This document shows, one piece after another, positions 26,336-36,144 of a stretch of 64,000 bases of DNA. The translations under genes were made by a program, and so were the position numbers. Positions within the stretch are counted from its first letter, which is position 1. The number at the start of each line of letters is the position of its first letter. The notes under the pieces are model-generated. The model was not told the origin of the DNA, did not search any database, and saw nothing but the letters and a program-made list of their open reading frames with translations. The DNA comes from an uncultured Bacilli bacterium (lineage in GTDB: Bacteria; Bacillota_I; Bacilli_A; RF39; UBA660). Location of the stretch: assembly GCA_934098525.1 (NCBI GenBank), contig CAKONZ010000006.1, positions 23,504 through 87,503 on the forward strand. The letters are read 5' to 3'.

Positions 26336-28309
26336 TTAACTTGCTGTTATACTTACACCATTATATGTATATGGTGGAAGATGTGTGGTTGTACTATCTT
26401 CTCCGCCTATAGCCCAATCCCAATCAAGAGCTGTTGTTCCTGGGTATATTATACTTTTAAGATTAGGATTAGATTTTGTTGTTGTGCTAGAGTTTTCACT
26501 TTTAAAGAATGAACGTAATCCTAATGATGTAACTGTACTTGGTAATTTAATAGTTGTTAAATTATGACCAGCAAAAGCATCTCGGCCAATAGATTCCAAA
26601 ACTGTATTACTTAAATCTAATGTTTTTAAGCCTCCCGCGGCTGAAATCCACGTGTCAAAATTGAATGCTTCTTCTCCAATTGACTTAATAGTGCTTGGAA
26701 ATTCTATATTTGAAATTTGATTTCCATCAAAAGCATAATCTCCTATAGTTTCAAGATTAGCTGGTAATATTACACTTGCAAGTTGGTTATTACGGAAAAC
26801 AAATCTTTTGATTTCAGTGATCTTAGTATTCTTTAGATCTATTGTAGTTAATTTATTTCTTGCAAATGCATATTCTCCAATAATTTCAAGAGTTGATGGT
26901 AAAACTGCTGTTTCTATATCGTAAAATGCAGGATATTCTGCAGGATATAATTTATCTCCTGGTTCTATTTCAGTAATATTTTTATCACTTAAATCCAAAT
27001 TTTTTATTCCTCTACATTTAAATTTCTTCATTATTGTTCCATTCATATCAAGACATGCATTTGGTAAATGACCATTTGTATCCACTAACAAGTCCAATTT
27101 ATTGTTTTTAAATGTATCGCTGTTTGTTAATTTTATGTTGTCTGGTAATATAACGGTTTTTATATTTCTATTTTGAAAATCTGTTGTAGCTATTTCTGTT
27201 ACTTTATAGTTATTATATATTGCTTTTGTTTCTACATTCATGGTAAATATTTTTGAATATATTGCATATTCTTCACTACTTGGATCTTGTAATACATTAT
27301 ATATATCTGCAACTTGAGAGCCTAGTTCTTCATCATCGGTTTCATTTATATCTCTGCCAATATAGGAATCAAATAAATCTGTTATTCCTTTAAGGCCTTC
27401 TTTTGCTTCTGCTATTACTTGTTCATCTGTTAAGTTATTTGCTGTTAGATAATCTTCATATGTTTGTCCTTCTTCTAAAAGATCATTTTTCCATACTTTA
27501 ATCCATTCTTCTTCGTTTGCTGTATAACTTAATAATACTTGTCCCATTTTCTTTGTTGTATATGTGCTTGGTACAATAATGTTTGTTGCACTACAAGTTG
27601 AAGAGAATCCTGTTATTTTTTTGCCACCATTTCCATCATCCTCAAATGTAAAGCAAGCTGGATCTGTTGTGTATCCTACATATTTTGTATCACTATTTAT
27701 ATTTACTGTGAATTTGTATTGATATTTATTATCTTCACTCCACGTTGATGCATCTGTTAAAATATCTATCCATGCTCTTAATCTATAAGTAGTTGATATT
27801 GTTTCGTTACCATTTTTGTGTAAATTAAGCTTATATGCAAGTTTTGTTGCATTTTCTCTATATAGTGAGTTTCCTAATTCTGATATTTTGATTGGTGGTG
27901 TTACCGCTACTTCTTTTCCATCTTCTACTTTTGTTAGGTATACTTTTATATTTTCTTCTTGTAGTTGTTGTTTTCCTTCTTCAACTGGTTTTGATGAAAT
28001 ATTTATTTCATATGGTATTTGTATTCCTAATGAATCGGTAGCATTTGTTTTAGCACTTGATGTTACTGTAAATTCAAAGTAGTTGGGATCATTTACTGCT
28101 TCTGAATCGAATTTTGGTAGTGCTTTGTCTAGAACATAACTATTTGATTGTTCTATGTATGTCATTGTTACTTGTCCTGATTTTACGGTATTATCATTTG
28201 CATTTGATGTATAGCTAAATACTGCATATGTCAATCCAGATATGATAAGTACAAATACTATTACAAGTATTGACATGATTATTGGTTTTTTATAACCTTT
28301 ATTTTCCAT
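26336..28309 (-). CDS. LRR surface protein, paralogue C (shorter LRR array)
   Basis: 657 aa from ATG 28309. The N-terminal ~400 aa are roughly 85-90% identical to A by eye. Confidence 0.75.
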   Translation of the reverse strand: MENKGYKKPIIMSILVIVFVLIISGLTYAVFSYTSNANDNTVKSGQVTMTYIEQSNSYVLDKALPKFDSEAVNDPNYFEFTVTSSAKTNATDSLGIQIPYEINISSKPVEEGKQQLQEENIKVYLTKVEDGKEVAVTPPIKISELGNSLYRENATKLAYKLNLHKNGNETISTTYRLRAWIDILTDASTWSEDNKYQYKFTVNINSDTKYVGYTTDPACFTFEDDGNGGKKITGFSSTCSATNIIVPSTYTTKKMGQVLLSYTANEEEWIKVWKNDLLEEGQTYEDYLTANNLTDEQVIAEAKEGLKGITDLFDSYIGRDINETDDEELGSQVADIYNVLQDPSSEEYAIYSKIFTMNVETKAIYNNYKVTEIATTDFQNRNIKTVILPDNIKLTNSDTFKNNKLDLLVDTNGHLPNACLDMNGTIMKKFKCRGIKNLDLSDKNITEIEPGDKLYPAEYPAFYDIETAVLPSTLEIIGEYAFARNKLTTIDLKNTKITEIKRFVFRNNQLASVILPANLETIGDYAFDGNQISNIEFPSTIKSIGEEAFNFDTWISAAGGLKTLDLSNTVLESIGRDAFAGHNLTTIKLPSTVTSLGLRSFFKSENSSTTTKSNPNLKSIIYPGTTALDWDWAIGGEDSTTTHLPPYTYNGVSITAS

Positions 28310-28334
28310 ATTTTCACATCCTATCATAATATAT

Positions 28335-28363
28335 ATTTTATCTTTTTTTATTATTTTTTACAA
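28335..28363 (-). promoter_or_regulatory. Conserved promoter of LRR paralogue C
   Basis: TTGTAA, 17 nt (aaaataatAAAAAAAga), TAAAAT. Confidence 0.5.
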
Positions 28364-28366
28364 GAA

Positions 28367-28393
28367 AAAATACAGAAATATTTTCTGTATTTT
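28367..28393 (-). terminator. Terminator of pheST
   Basis: AAAATACAGAAA-TAT-TTTCTGTATTTT with a T-run on the minus strand. It abuts the -35 box of paralogue C. Confidence 0.65.
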
Positions 28394-30764
28394 ATGATCT
28401 TATTGAAATGTTTAACTTTTCGCATACTTCTTTTATTATCTTATTAAATAAGTCATTGATTTCATTATCTAATAATGTTTTAGTTGGATCTTCAAATGTT
28501 AAAGTATATGACATTGATTTATATCCTTTTTCTATATTGGTTCCTTCATATATATCAAATAATTCTACACTTTTTAGAAGTTTTCCTCCAGATTTTTTTA
28601 TTTCTTTTGTTATTTCTTCGTTTGTTTGATCTTTTCTTACTACTAGTGATAGATCTTTTTCTATATTTGGATATTTACTTGCTTCTTTATATTTTAATGG
28701 TTTAATTGTTTTTTGATATAGTTTAGTAAGAGATATTTCAAATAAGTATATATCGTCTTTACTAATTGTTGGATGTATTTTTCCTATTATACCTATTTCC
28801 TCTTTATCTAATATTATTTTTGCTGTTATTCCATTATGCATGTCTTTTACTTCTGTTTTTATGTAAGAGTATCTGTTTTTAAAACCTAGATAGTCTAATA
28901 GGTTTTCAAGGATACCTTTATCAAAATAGAAATCTACTTTTATACTTTGATTATTCCATGTATTTGTTATGTAGTTTCCTTTCATTAAAGCAGATATTTT
29001 TATATCTTCTTTATATGAAGCATCATAGGTTTTACTTATTTCATATATTAGGACATCTTCTACTTTTCTAGCTTTATTATATTCATATATATTAAGTAAT
29101 GATGGGAGAATACTGGTTCTGATAACTGATTTATCAATACTCATTGGATTTGGTAAAGTAATTTGTTCTTTTTCTTCATATCTAAATGATTTTGCCATAT
29201 TAGGAGATGTTAAAGTATAGGTTTTTACTTCATTTAATCCAAGTGTTCTTAATCTCTTTGATGCTTGTTTTCTAAGTAATACATCTTTTAAATATTTTCC
29301 TGTTTTAACAGGTACTTTTGGTAATGTTGATTTTAAATTATCATATCCATATAATCTTACTATTTCTTCTGCTATATCATTTACATTTGGATCTATATCT
29401 AATCTTCTATTAGGAATAGTTACTACAAATTTATCTTCTTTTATTTCATATGGAAAACTTAGTCTATCTAATTCTTTTTCCATATCTTCTTTACTTATTT
29501 TTATTCCAAGTAGTTTATTTACTTCGTCTTCTTTGAATTCTACTATTTTTTTTGTTTTATCTAATTTATCATGTTTAACTATACCTGTTAATATTTTGGC
29601 ATTAGCATATTTTTCTAATAAATGACACGCTCTATTAATAGCAGATAATGTATATTCATAGTTTAAACCTTTTCCATATCTTATTGATGCTTCACTTTTT
29701 AGATTTAATCTACTAGCGGTATTTCTAATGCTTATTGGGTTAAATATTGCAGATTCTATTAAAATGTTTTTTGTTGTTTCTTCTACTTCTGTATTTTCTC
29801 CTCCCATTACTCCTGCTATACATATAGGTTTTATTCCATCTGTTATTATTATATCGTTTTTAGTTAGTTTTCTTTCTTTTTTATCTAATGTTATTATTTC
29901 TTCATTATCGTTTGCTTCTCTTACTAATATTTGTTTGTTTAGTTTGTCATAATCAAAGAAATGCATTGGTTGACCATATTCTAACATTACATAGTTTGAT
30001 ATGTCTACTACATTGTTTATTGGTCTCATACCAGCACTTATTAATCTTTTTTTAATAAATTCTGGTGATTCTTTTATTTCTACATCTTTTACCATTTTAG
30101 CTAAATAGTATGGACATTTTTCTGTTTCTACTTTTAATTTGAAGTAGTCATTTATGTCTTCTTTTATTTCAGTATATCCTTCTTCTGGTAAAGTTACTTT
30201 TTTATTTAGAATTGCTGATATTTCATAAGCAAATCCTATATGATAATAACAGTCATTATTTCTATGTTTATGGACATCTAATTCATAAACTGTATCTTCT
30301 ACATTTAAGTATTCTAGAGGATTTTCTCCAAGTGGAGCATTTTCTTTTAATTCATATATTCCTTTTTTGTAGTTTTCTTCTGTTTTTTCTTCTAATCCAA
30401 TTTCAGATAATGCACAAAGCATTCCTTCTGATTCTACTCCTCTTATTACACTTTTTTTAATTACAAAGTTTCCAGGTAGTTCTGCTCCTACTAAGGCTAC
30501 TATTACATATATACCTTCTCTAACATTTGGAGCACCACATACAATATTAAGTATTTTGTCTTTTACATCTACTTTGCAAACATGTAGGTGATCACTATCT
30601 GGATGAGGAATGCATTCTATTACTTTTCCAATTACTAAGTTATCAATATGATTTGTTATAACTTTTTCAACATTTACTCCAGCTTTTGTTATTTTTATTG
30701 CTAATTCTTTTGGATCTTCATGTTCTATGTCTATATAATCTTTTACCCAATTTAAACTTATCAT
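28392..30764 (-). CDS. pheT: Phenylalanine--tRNA ligase beta subunit
   Basis: 790 aa with N-terminal tRNA-binding OB domain, B3/4, B5 and a C-terminal FDX-ACB-like region. Directly follows pheS. Confidence 0.95.
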   Translation of the reverse strand: MISLNWVKDYIDIEHEDPKELAIKITKAGVNVEKVITNHIDNLVIGKVIECIPHPDSDHLHVCKVDVKDKILNIVCGAPNVREGIYVIVALVGAELPGNFVIKKSVIRGVESEGMLCALSEIGLEEKTEENYKKGIYELKENAPLGENPLEYLNVEDTVYELDVHKHRNNDCYYHIGFAYEISAILNKKVTLPEEGYTEIKEDINDYFKLKVETEKCPYYLAKMVKDVEIKESPEFIKKRLISAGMRPINNVVDISNYVMLEYGQPMHFFDYDKLNKQILVREANDNEEIITLDKKERKLTKNDIIITDGIKPICIAGVMGGENTEVEETTKNILIESAIFNPISIRNTASRLNLKSEASIRYGKGLNYEYTLSAINRACHLLEKYANAKILTGIVKHDKLDKTKKIVEFKEDEVNKLLGIKISKEDMEKELDRLSFPYEIKEDKFVVTIPNRRLDIDPNVNDIAEEIVRLYGYDNLKSTLPKVPVKTGKYLKDVLLRKQASKRLRTLGLNEVKTYTLTSPNMAKSFRYEEKEQITLPNPMSIDKSVIRTSILPSLLNIYEYNKARKVEDVLIYEISKTYDASYKEDIKISALMKGNYITNTWNNQSIKVDFYFDKGILENLLDYLGFKNRYSYIKTEVKDMHNGITAKIILDKEEIGIIGKIHPTISKDDIYLFEISLTKLYQKTIKPLKYKEASKYPNIEKDLSLVVRKDQTNEEITKEIKKSGGKLLKSVELFDIYEGTNIEKGYKSMSYTLTFEDPTKTLLDNEINDLFNKIIKEVCEKLNISIRS

Positions 30765-31810
30765 TAGTTAGACTCCTTTCTATCAAAAGTTTTTAATTCT
30801 CTTAAGTCTGTATTATAGAATGTTCTAATATCATTGATTCCATATTTTAACATTGCTAATCTTTCTGCTCCAAAGCCAAAAGCAAATCCTGTCCATTCTT
30901 TTGGATCATAGTTACAGTTTCTTAATACGTTTGGATGTACCATTCCTGCACCACTAACAGTTATCCATCCTGTATTTTTACATATTGAACATCCTTTTCC
31001 ATGACAGGCAAAACAACTTATATCTGTTTCTACAGATGGTTCTGTAAATTGATAATAACTAGGTCTAAATCTTGTTATGCAGTCTTCTCCAAATAAACGT
31101 TTTGCTATAAGATCAAATGTTCCTTTTAAGTCTGATAAAGAGATATCTTTATCTATAAGTAGTCCTTCTATTTGCATAAATTGATGAGAATGAGTTGCAT
31201 CATCATCATCTCTTCTGTATGTTTTTCCAGGACAAATCATTCTGATTGGTGTTTTACCATTTCCTTCTAACATTGTACGAACTTGAACTGGTGATGTTTG
31301 ACTTCTTAAAAGTATTTTTTCATCTTCTATATAGAACGTATCTTGAGCATCTCTTGCTGGATGATGTTTTGGTATATTTAATAATTCAAAGTTGTATTTG
31401 TCTTCTTCTATTTCTGGTCCATCTACTACATCATATCCCATAGACATAAATACTTCTTCTACTTCTTCAATTATTTTTTCTAATATATTAGGAGATCCTG
31501 TGTTTATTTTTGTAGCAGGTAATGTTACATCTATTTCTTCTTCTTTTATTTTTTGTTTTATTATTTCTTCTTCAAATTTATTTTTCTTTTCTTCTATTTT
31601 TTCATTGATAAAGTTTTTTAAGTCATTTAATGATTTTCCAAACTCTTTCTTTTCTTCTTGAGATAGACTTCCCATCATACTGGCAATTTTTGTAATTGGA
31701 CCTTTTTTTCCTAAATATTCCGTTCTAATGATGTTTAATTCATTTAGATTAAATGTATTATTTAATTTTTCTTCTAATTTTTCTTTTATATTTTTGATTT
31801 CTTCTCTCAT
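30764..31810 (-). CDS. pheS: Phenylalanine--tRNA ligase alpha subunit
   Basis: HPARD, FRPSYYQFTEPS and GFAFGFGAERLAM are class II motifs. Start set at ATG 31810, behind AAAGGAGGA. Confidence 0.95.
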   Translation of the reverse strand: MREEIKNIKEKLEEKLNNTFNLNELNIIRTEYLGKKGPITKIASMMGSLSQEEKKEFGKSLNDLKNFINEKIEEKKNKFEEEIIKQKIKEEEIDVTLPATKINTGSPNILEKIIEEVEEVFMSMGYDVVDGPEIEEDKYNFELLNIPKHHPARDAQDTFYIEDEKILLRSQTSPVQVRTMLEGNGKTPIRMICPGKTYRRDDDDATHSHQFMQIEGLLIDKDISLSDLKGTFDLIAKRLFGEDCITRFRPSYYQFTEPSVETDISCFACHGKGCSICKNTGWITVSGAGMVHPNVLRNCNYDPKEWTGFAFGFGAERLAMLKYGINDIRTFYNTDLRELKTFDRKESN

Positions 31811-31828
31811 AAAAATCCTCCTTTTAAT

Positions 31829-32000
31829 AAAAAAACAATTCATCCAAAGGACGAATTGTTCGTGGTACCACCTTTTTTTATAGTTATTACTATCTCAAAC
31901 TTTTAACGCAAGTTTACGTTTTGACTAAAGAGTGAATTCATAAGTTATTATTTTAAAAGTTTTCACCAACCACTTTTTCTCTAAAAAATAATATTATACT
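31829..32000 (-). promoter_or_regulatory. T-box leader (Phe specifier) with intrinsic terminator
   Basis: Minus strand shows AGAGA...GGTGAAA (stem I). The specifier loop GAA-UUC-A has its codon at 31934-31936. The T-box sequence AAAGGTGGTACCACG is at 31861-31872. The terminator is AACAATTCGTCC-TTT-GGATGAATTGTT followed by T7. Confidence 0.85.
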
Positions 32001-32068
32001 TATTACTATTTTCTTATTATTGCCAATTACAGTGTTATTCTAACATATTTTTTTATTTTTGTGAATAT

Positions 32069-32096
32069 ATTATATAAATTTTATTGTTTTTGTCAA
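32069..32096 (-). promoter_or_regulatory. Consensus sigma-A promoter upstream of the pheST T-box
   Basis: TTGACA, 16 nt, TATAAT on the minus strand. This would give a rather long leader before stem I. Confidence 0.5.
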
Positions 32097-32169
32097 TTTA
32101 TTACGCTGTGGCGTAATTTTTTGGTATTTTTTAGATTTTTTTACGATATATATTACTACTATTATTAGT

Positions 32170-33465
32170 TTATTTAGTTATTTTTCTTACTTTTACTTTT
32201 TTTCTATTTTCTTGGTTCATTAAAGTTATTTTTGTGACATTTAGTTTATTTAATGCTATATAGTCTTCTTTGTTTAATTTTTCATCTAGTACTTGTTTTA
32301 GTCCTTTAGCACCATTTTTTCTTTTTATTGCTTCTTCTATTATTTGATCAATTGTTTCTTCTTTTATATCTAGATTACATCCTTGTTCTTGATAGAATAA
32401 TTGTTTTAAGTATAGTGGAGATATTTTAGATGATAGTAATATATTTTTTAAGTCGGATTTTGTTAAGTTGTTATATTCTATTATATTAGTTATGACATCT
32501 AGTATTTCTTTTAAATATGGACTTTTTTCATATTTTTCTCTAAATGTTAATGTTTCTTCATTTATTGAATATCCAGGTGTTTTTTCTCTAGTATATTTAT
32601 TTAATTTTTCAAAATCTCCGACAAATACTAAAGTTAAAGCAGCTTTATTGAATTGCATTATACTTTCTTGATTATTTTCAATTTTAATATTTACTACTCT
32701 TTTATCATTTAAAGTATTTATCATTTTTAATATATAGTCTGATAGTAAGCCTGGGTTATCGGTTGTCATTAAGTCACTTAGTTTATCTAGGTTATCAAAT
32801 ACTATTACAGATTTTTCTGCTTCTTTTTGATCATAGTTTACTTGCGCTAATAGTTCGACGATTATTTCATCCATATTACTTTCATCAAATGCGGTATAGA
32901 TGTGCTTACTTAAATCTATATAACTATAGTTTAATTCTAGATGTGTTAATGCTTTTATAATACTTTCAGTTTTTCCTACTCCTTTTGGCCCTGAAATTAT
33001 TATATTCTTTTTTAGTTTATAGAATGCATCATCACTTATTTGTGAGTTATATAGTTGTTGATTATAGTCTAGTGCTCCGATTAATTCTTCTAGTTTTTTA
33101 TCTTGACATAATATTTCATCTTTTAGTAATTCTAAAGCTAAAGCGGCTTTAGTGCTTGGATTAATAGTATTATTTTTAGTGTCTACTTCGAAGAATAGAT
33201 TTTGGCTTAAAAGTTCTATTCTTAAATTGTGATAGTCAACTTGCTCTAATAATTTTTGATCTTCTTTTGACATTAGTGAGGCAAAATAAGTTGAATCCTC
33301 AGATATTGTATTAGGATTTTCAAAACTAGTTGTTTCTGTACCAAATAAGTCTCCATCTAATATTTTTACTTTTTTACCTTCTTTTTCTACTAATGCAAAG
33401 TCTATTGTTTTTAGAAAAATTTTATTTTTTGTTCTTATTATTTTACTAATTGTTGCATATTTCAT
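32170..33465 (-). CDS. Divergent ClpX-like AAA+ protein lacking the zinc-binding N-domain
   Basis: Colinear with the ClpX AAA+ module: GPKGVGKT (Walker A), VIVFDNLDK versus IVYIDEIDK (Walker B), and GAKGLKQVLDE versus GARGLRSIVE. Confidence 0.6.
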   Translation of the reverse strand: MKYATISKIIRTKNKIFLKTIDFALVEKEGKKVKILDGDLFGTETTSFENPNTISEDSTYFASLMSKEDQKLLEQVDYHNLRIELLSQNLFFEVDTKNNTINPSTKAALALELLKDEILCQDKKLEELIGALDYNQQLYNSQISDDAFYKLKKNIIISGPKGVGKTESIIKALTHLELNYSYIDLSKHIYTAFDESNMDEIIVELLAQVNYDQKEAEKSVIVFDNLDKLSDLMTTDNPGLLSDYILKMINTLNDKRVVNIKIENNQESIMQFNKAALTLVFVGDFEKLNKYTREKTPGYSINEETLTFREKYEKSPYLKEILDVITNIIEYNNLTKSDLKNILLSSKISPLYLKQLFYQEQGCNLDIKEETIDQIIEEAIKRKNGAKGLKQVLDEKLNKEDYIALNKLNVTKITLMNQENRKKVKVRKITK

Positions 33466-33513
33466 ACCAATGTCCCCCCCATGGTTTTATATATTAACAT
33501 AAAAGATTATTTT

Positions 33514-34185
33514 TTAAAAGAATTTTTTAAATATTCCATATTTAGGAGTTTGCTCAAATACCATTAATTCTTTGGTTGTAGGATGAATGAATTCTAGATG
33601 ATAAGCAAAAAGGGCTAGTTGATTTTTGTCTTGTTTGTTATATCTTTGATCTCCATATAATGGATGGTTTATATTTTTAAATTGAACTCTTATTTGATGA
33701 TGACGACCTGTTAATAGTGTTATGTCCACTAATGATAGGTTATCTTTTTCTTTTAATACTTTGTATTCTAATGCTGCATATTTTCCTTTTTCTTTGGTTG
33801 TTATATAAGAATTAGATTCTTCTTTTACTATGTAGTCTTCTAATTTACCTTCTTTTTCTTTTATTGTTCCTTCTACTACTGCATAGTATTTTTTCTTTAG
33901 TTTGTTATCTATTATTTCTTTTGATAATCTAGAAGCAGCTTTTGATGTTTTGGCAAATACCATTATACCTCCAGTTGGTCTATCAAGACGATGAACTAAT
34001 CCTAAGTAAACATTGCCTTCTTTTTTGTATTTTTCTTTTATATACATTTTTAATAAACTTAACATATCTTGATCTTTTGTTGAATCTTGTTGTGATAGTA
34101 TATTTACTGGTTTTACTACCACTAATAAATGATTATCTTCGTATAGAATTTTGATTTTATCTTTCATATCTTCCATATACTCCAC
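33514..34185 (-). CDS. RluA-family pseudouridine synthase
   Basis: HRLDRPTGG catalytic-Asp motif and GRHHQIRVQ. The start is ambiguous (ATG at 34185, 34176 or 34167). Confidence 0.85.
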   Translation of the reverse strand: MEYMEDMKDKIKILYEDNHLLVVVKPVNILSQQDSTKDQDMLSLLKMYIKEKYKKEGNVYLGLVHRLDRPTGGIMVFAKTSKAASRLSKEIIDNKLKKKYYAVVEGTIKEKEGKLEDYIVKEESNSYITTKEKGKYAALEYKVLKEKDNLSLVDITLLTGRHHQIRVQFKNINHPLYGDQRYNKQDKNQLALFAYHLEFIHPTTKELMVFEQTPKYGIFKKFF

Positions 34186-35008
34186 ATGGTAATATTAAAC
34201 CATTTTTAGACTCAATTCCTAATTCACCACTTGTTATTTTTCCATTGTATTTTTTACCAATAGTTAGTTTTAAAAGATTTGATATTACTACAGATGATAG
34301 TCCTGCAGTATAAGAGCTTATTATGAAGAATAATGGATCATCGTTTAGAATTTCCATACATAGGGTTACAAGATTATATAAGTCTTTTTCAATGTCCCAT
34401 ATTTCATTGTTTGCACCTCTACCATATGAAGGTGGGTCCATTATAATTGCATCATATTTGTTGCCACGTCTAATTTCTCTTTTTACAAATTTTATTACAT
34501 CATCTACTAAGAAACGAACTGGTTTATCTTCTAAGTGTGAAGATTTTACGTTTTCTTTTGCCCAGTCTATCATTCCTTTAGATGAATCAACATGTACTAC
34601 TTCTGCTCCTGCTTTAAGACACGCTACTGTGGCACAACCTGTATAAGCGAATAAGTTTAATACTTTTATTTTTTTGTCTTGTTGTGATATTTTTTCTCTC
34701 ATATAATCCCAATTAACTGATTGTTCAGGAAATATTCCAGTGTGTTTAAAGCCCATTAATTTTACATTAAAAGTTAAGTCTTTGTATTTTACTTGCCAAC
34801 TATCTGGTAAATTTTTTATTTTTTCCCAGTAACCTCCGCCTTTATTACTTCTATGATAATGAGCATGTATATTTGTTTTGTTCATATCATCATGCCATAT
34901 TATTTCAGGATCTGGTCTAAGTAAGTAGTAGTTTCCCCATCTTTCTAGTTTTTCTCCATCACTCATGGATATTATTTCATAATCATTAAAATCTTTTGTT
35001 AATAACAT
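34157..35008 (-). CDS. Class I SAM-dependent (rRNA-type) methyltransferase
   Basis: LNLFAYTGCATVACLKAGA (motif I) and DAIIMDPPSYGRG (DPP motif). Start set at ATG 35008, behind AAGGTGA. Confidence 0.75.
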   Translation of the reverse strand: MLLTKDFNDYEIISMSDGEKLERWGNYYLLRPDPEIIWHDDMNKTNIHAHYHRSNKGGGYWEKIKNLPDSWQVKYKDLTFNVKLMGFKHTGIFPEQSVNWDYMREKISQQDKKIKVLNLFAYTGCATVACLKAGAEVVHVDSSKGMIDWAKENVKSSHLEDKPVRFLVDDVIKFVKREIRRGNKYDAIIMDPPSYGRGANNEIWDIEKDLYNLVTLCMEILNDDPLFFIISSYTAGLSSVVISNLLKLTIGKKYNGKITSGELGIESKNGLILPCGVYGRYER

Positions 35009-35105
35009 ATAATCACCTTTTCTATATTTTATCAAAAAAAAATATACTTTGATAGTATATTTTTAAAAATAGTTTAGTTCTATATATAACAAAAAAAGAA
35101 GATTT

Positions 35106-35288
35106 TTATTCTTGATCTTCTTTGATTATTTTTTTACCTTTATATTCGCCACATTCTTTACATACACGATGTGATTTTATAATTGCTCCACAGCTAGGAC
35201 ATTTTGTAGTACTTTTTGCTGTTAATGCCATGTGTGCTCTACGAGTTCTTTGACTTGTTTTTGAAACTTTTCTTGCTGGAACTGCCAT
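35106..35288 (-). CDS. rpmF: 50S ribosomal protein L32 (Cys4, zinc-ribbon form)
   Basis: MAVPARKVSKTSQRTRRAH...CPSCG...CKECG. Confidence 0.93.
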   Translation of the reverse strand: MAVPARKVSKTSQRTRRAHMALTAKSTTKCPSCGAIIKSHRVCKECGEYKGKKIIKEDQE

Positions 35289-35351
35289 GATATCACTCCT
35301 TTTTCTTAATCTTTATTGGCCTAAGCCACTGCTTTTTAAATTATACAATAA

Positions 35352-35385
35352 AAAGTTATAAAAGACAAGAATTTTTTATAACTTT
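35352..35385 (-). terminator. Terminator downstream of the NPKTG protein
   Basis: AAAGTTATAAAA / TTTTATAACTTT 12-bp stem with a T-run on the minus strand. Confidence 0.6.
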
Positions 35386-35415
35386 ATTATTTATTTTAAT
35401 TGCTTTGTTATTTTT

Positions 35416-36066
35416 TTAGTAATTTAGTTGGTTTTTTTTAACATATATTACTACACCTAATCCTAATGAGATTAGTACTATAATACCGCTTATTTCTAAT
35501 ATTCCTGTTTTTGGATTGTCTGATTTGTTATCATTTTGATTATCACCAGGTTCATCACTAGGATTATCAGGGTTGTCAGGAGTATTATCGCTTGGTTCGT
35601 TACCACCTTGAGTATTTGCCGCAAATGTCAATTCTTTACTATCACCATTTTTAGTTGTTACTTCAGTATCATTAGTATCTCCGATTGATGATGGTTCAAT
35701 TGCAAGTTTGAAAGTTAAATCTTCAGATAATGTTTCTTTTAATGATAAGGTAATTGTTGCAAGTTCTTCATTTGAATTTATTTTCATTGATTTAATTATC
35801 ATTAAATGTGATTCATCTGCATCATATGAATTCATATATTCTGATCCAGTGATTGGTTCAACTTCAACATTAACTACATCAGAGTCTACAGTTACATAGG
35901 AATCTATTGTTTTTATATCTGTATCTCCACTTACAAATAGTTTACAAATTATTTTGTTTGAATTTTGATCACCACACTTTAATGTTAAGTTACCTGTTGA
36001 GGCATTAACATTAAGTGGAATAATAATCATTGCCATTAATATTATTAAATATTTTACTTTCTTCAT
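35416..36066 (-). CDS. Sortase-anchored surface protein with cohesin-like domain (NPKTG sorting signal)
   Basis: Signal peptide (MKKVKYLIILMAMIIIPLNVNA), a ~125-aa beta-rich domain, a P/D/N-rich linker, then NPKTG + hydrophobic helix + KKN. The cohesin call is by pattern only. Confidence 0.6.
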   Translation of the reverse strand: MKKVKYLIILMAMIIIPLNVNASTGNLTLKCGDQNSNKIICKLFVSGDTDIKTIDSYVTVDSDVVNVEVEPITGSEYMNSYDADESHLMIIKSMKINSNEELATITLSLKETLSEDLTFKLAIEPSSIGDTNDTEVTTKNGDSKELTFAANTQGGNEPSDNTPDNPDNPSDEPGDNQNDNKSDNPKTGILEISGIIVLISLGLGVVIYVKKNQLNY

Positions 36067-36144
36067 AGTATCCTCCTATTATCAATTTAATTATAATAAT
36101 ATATATTACTTTTTTCAACATTAATTTTAAGTTTTTTACATTTT

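Noticed and set aside
32098-32122. Hairpin ATTACGC-TGTG-GCGTAAT followed by T6 on the plus strand, looking like a plus-strand terminator
   Set aside because: No plus-strand gene ends upstream of it. On the minus strand it lacks a trailing T-run. It overlaps the region just upstream of the pheST promoter and may be fortuitous, or a weak terminator for the ClpX-like gene.
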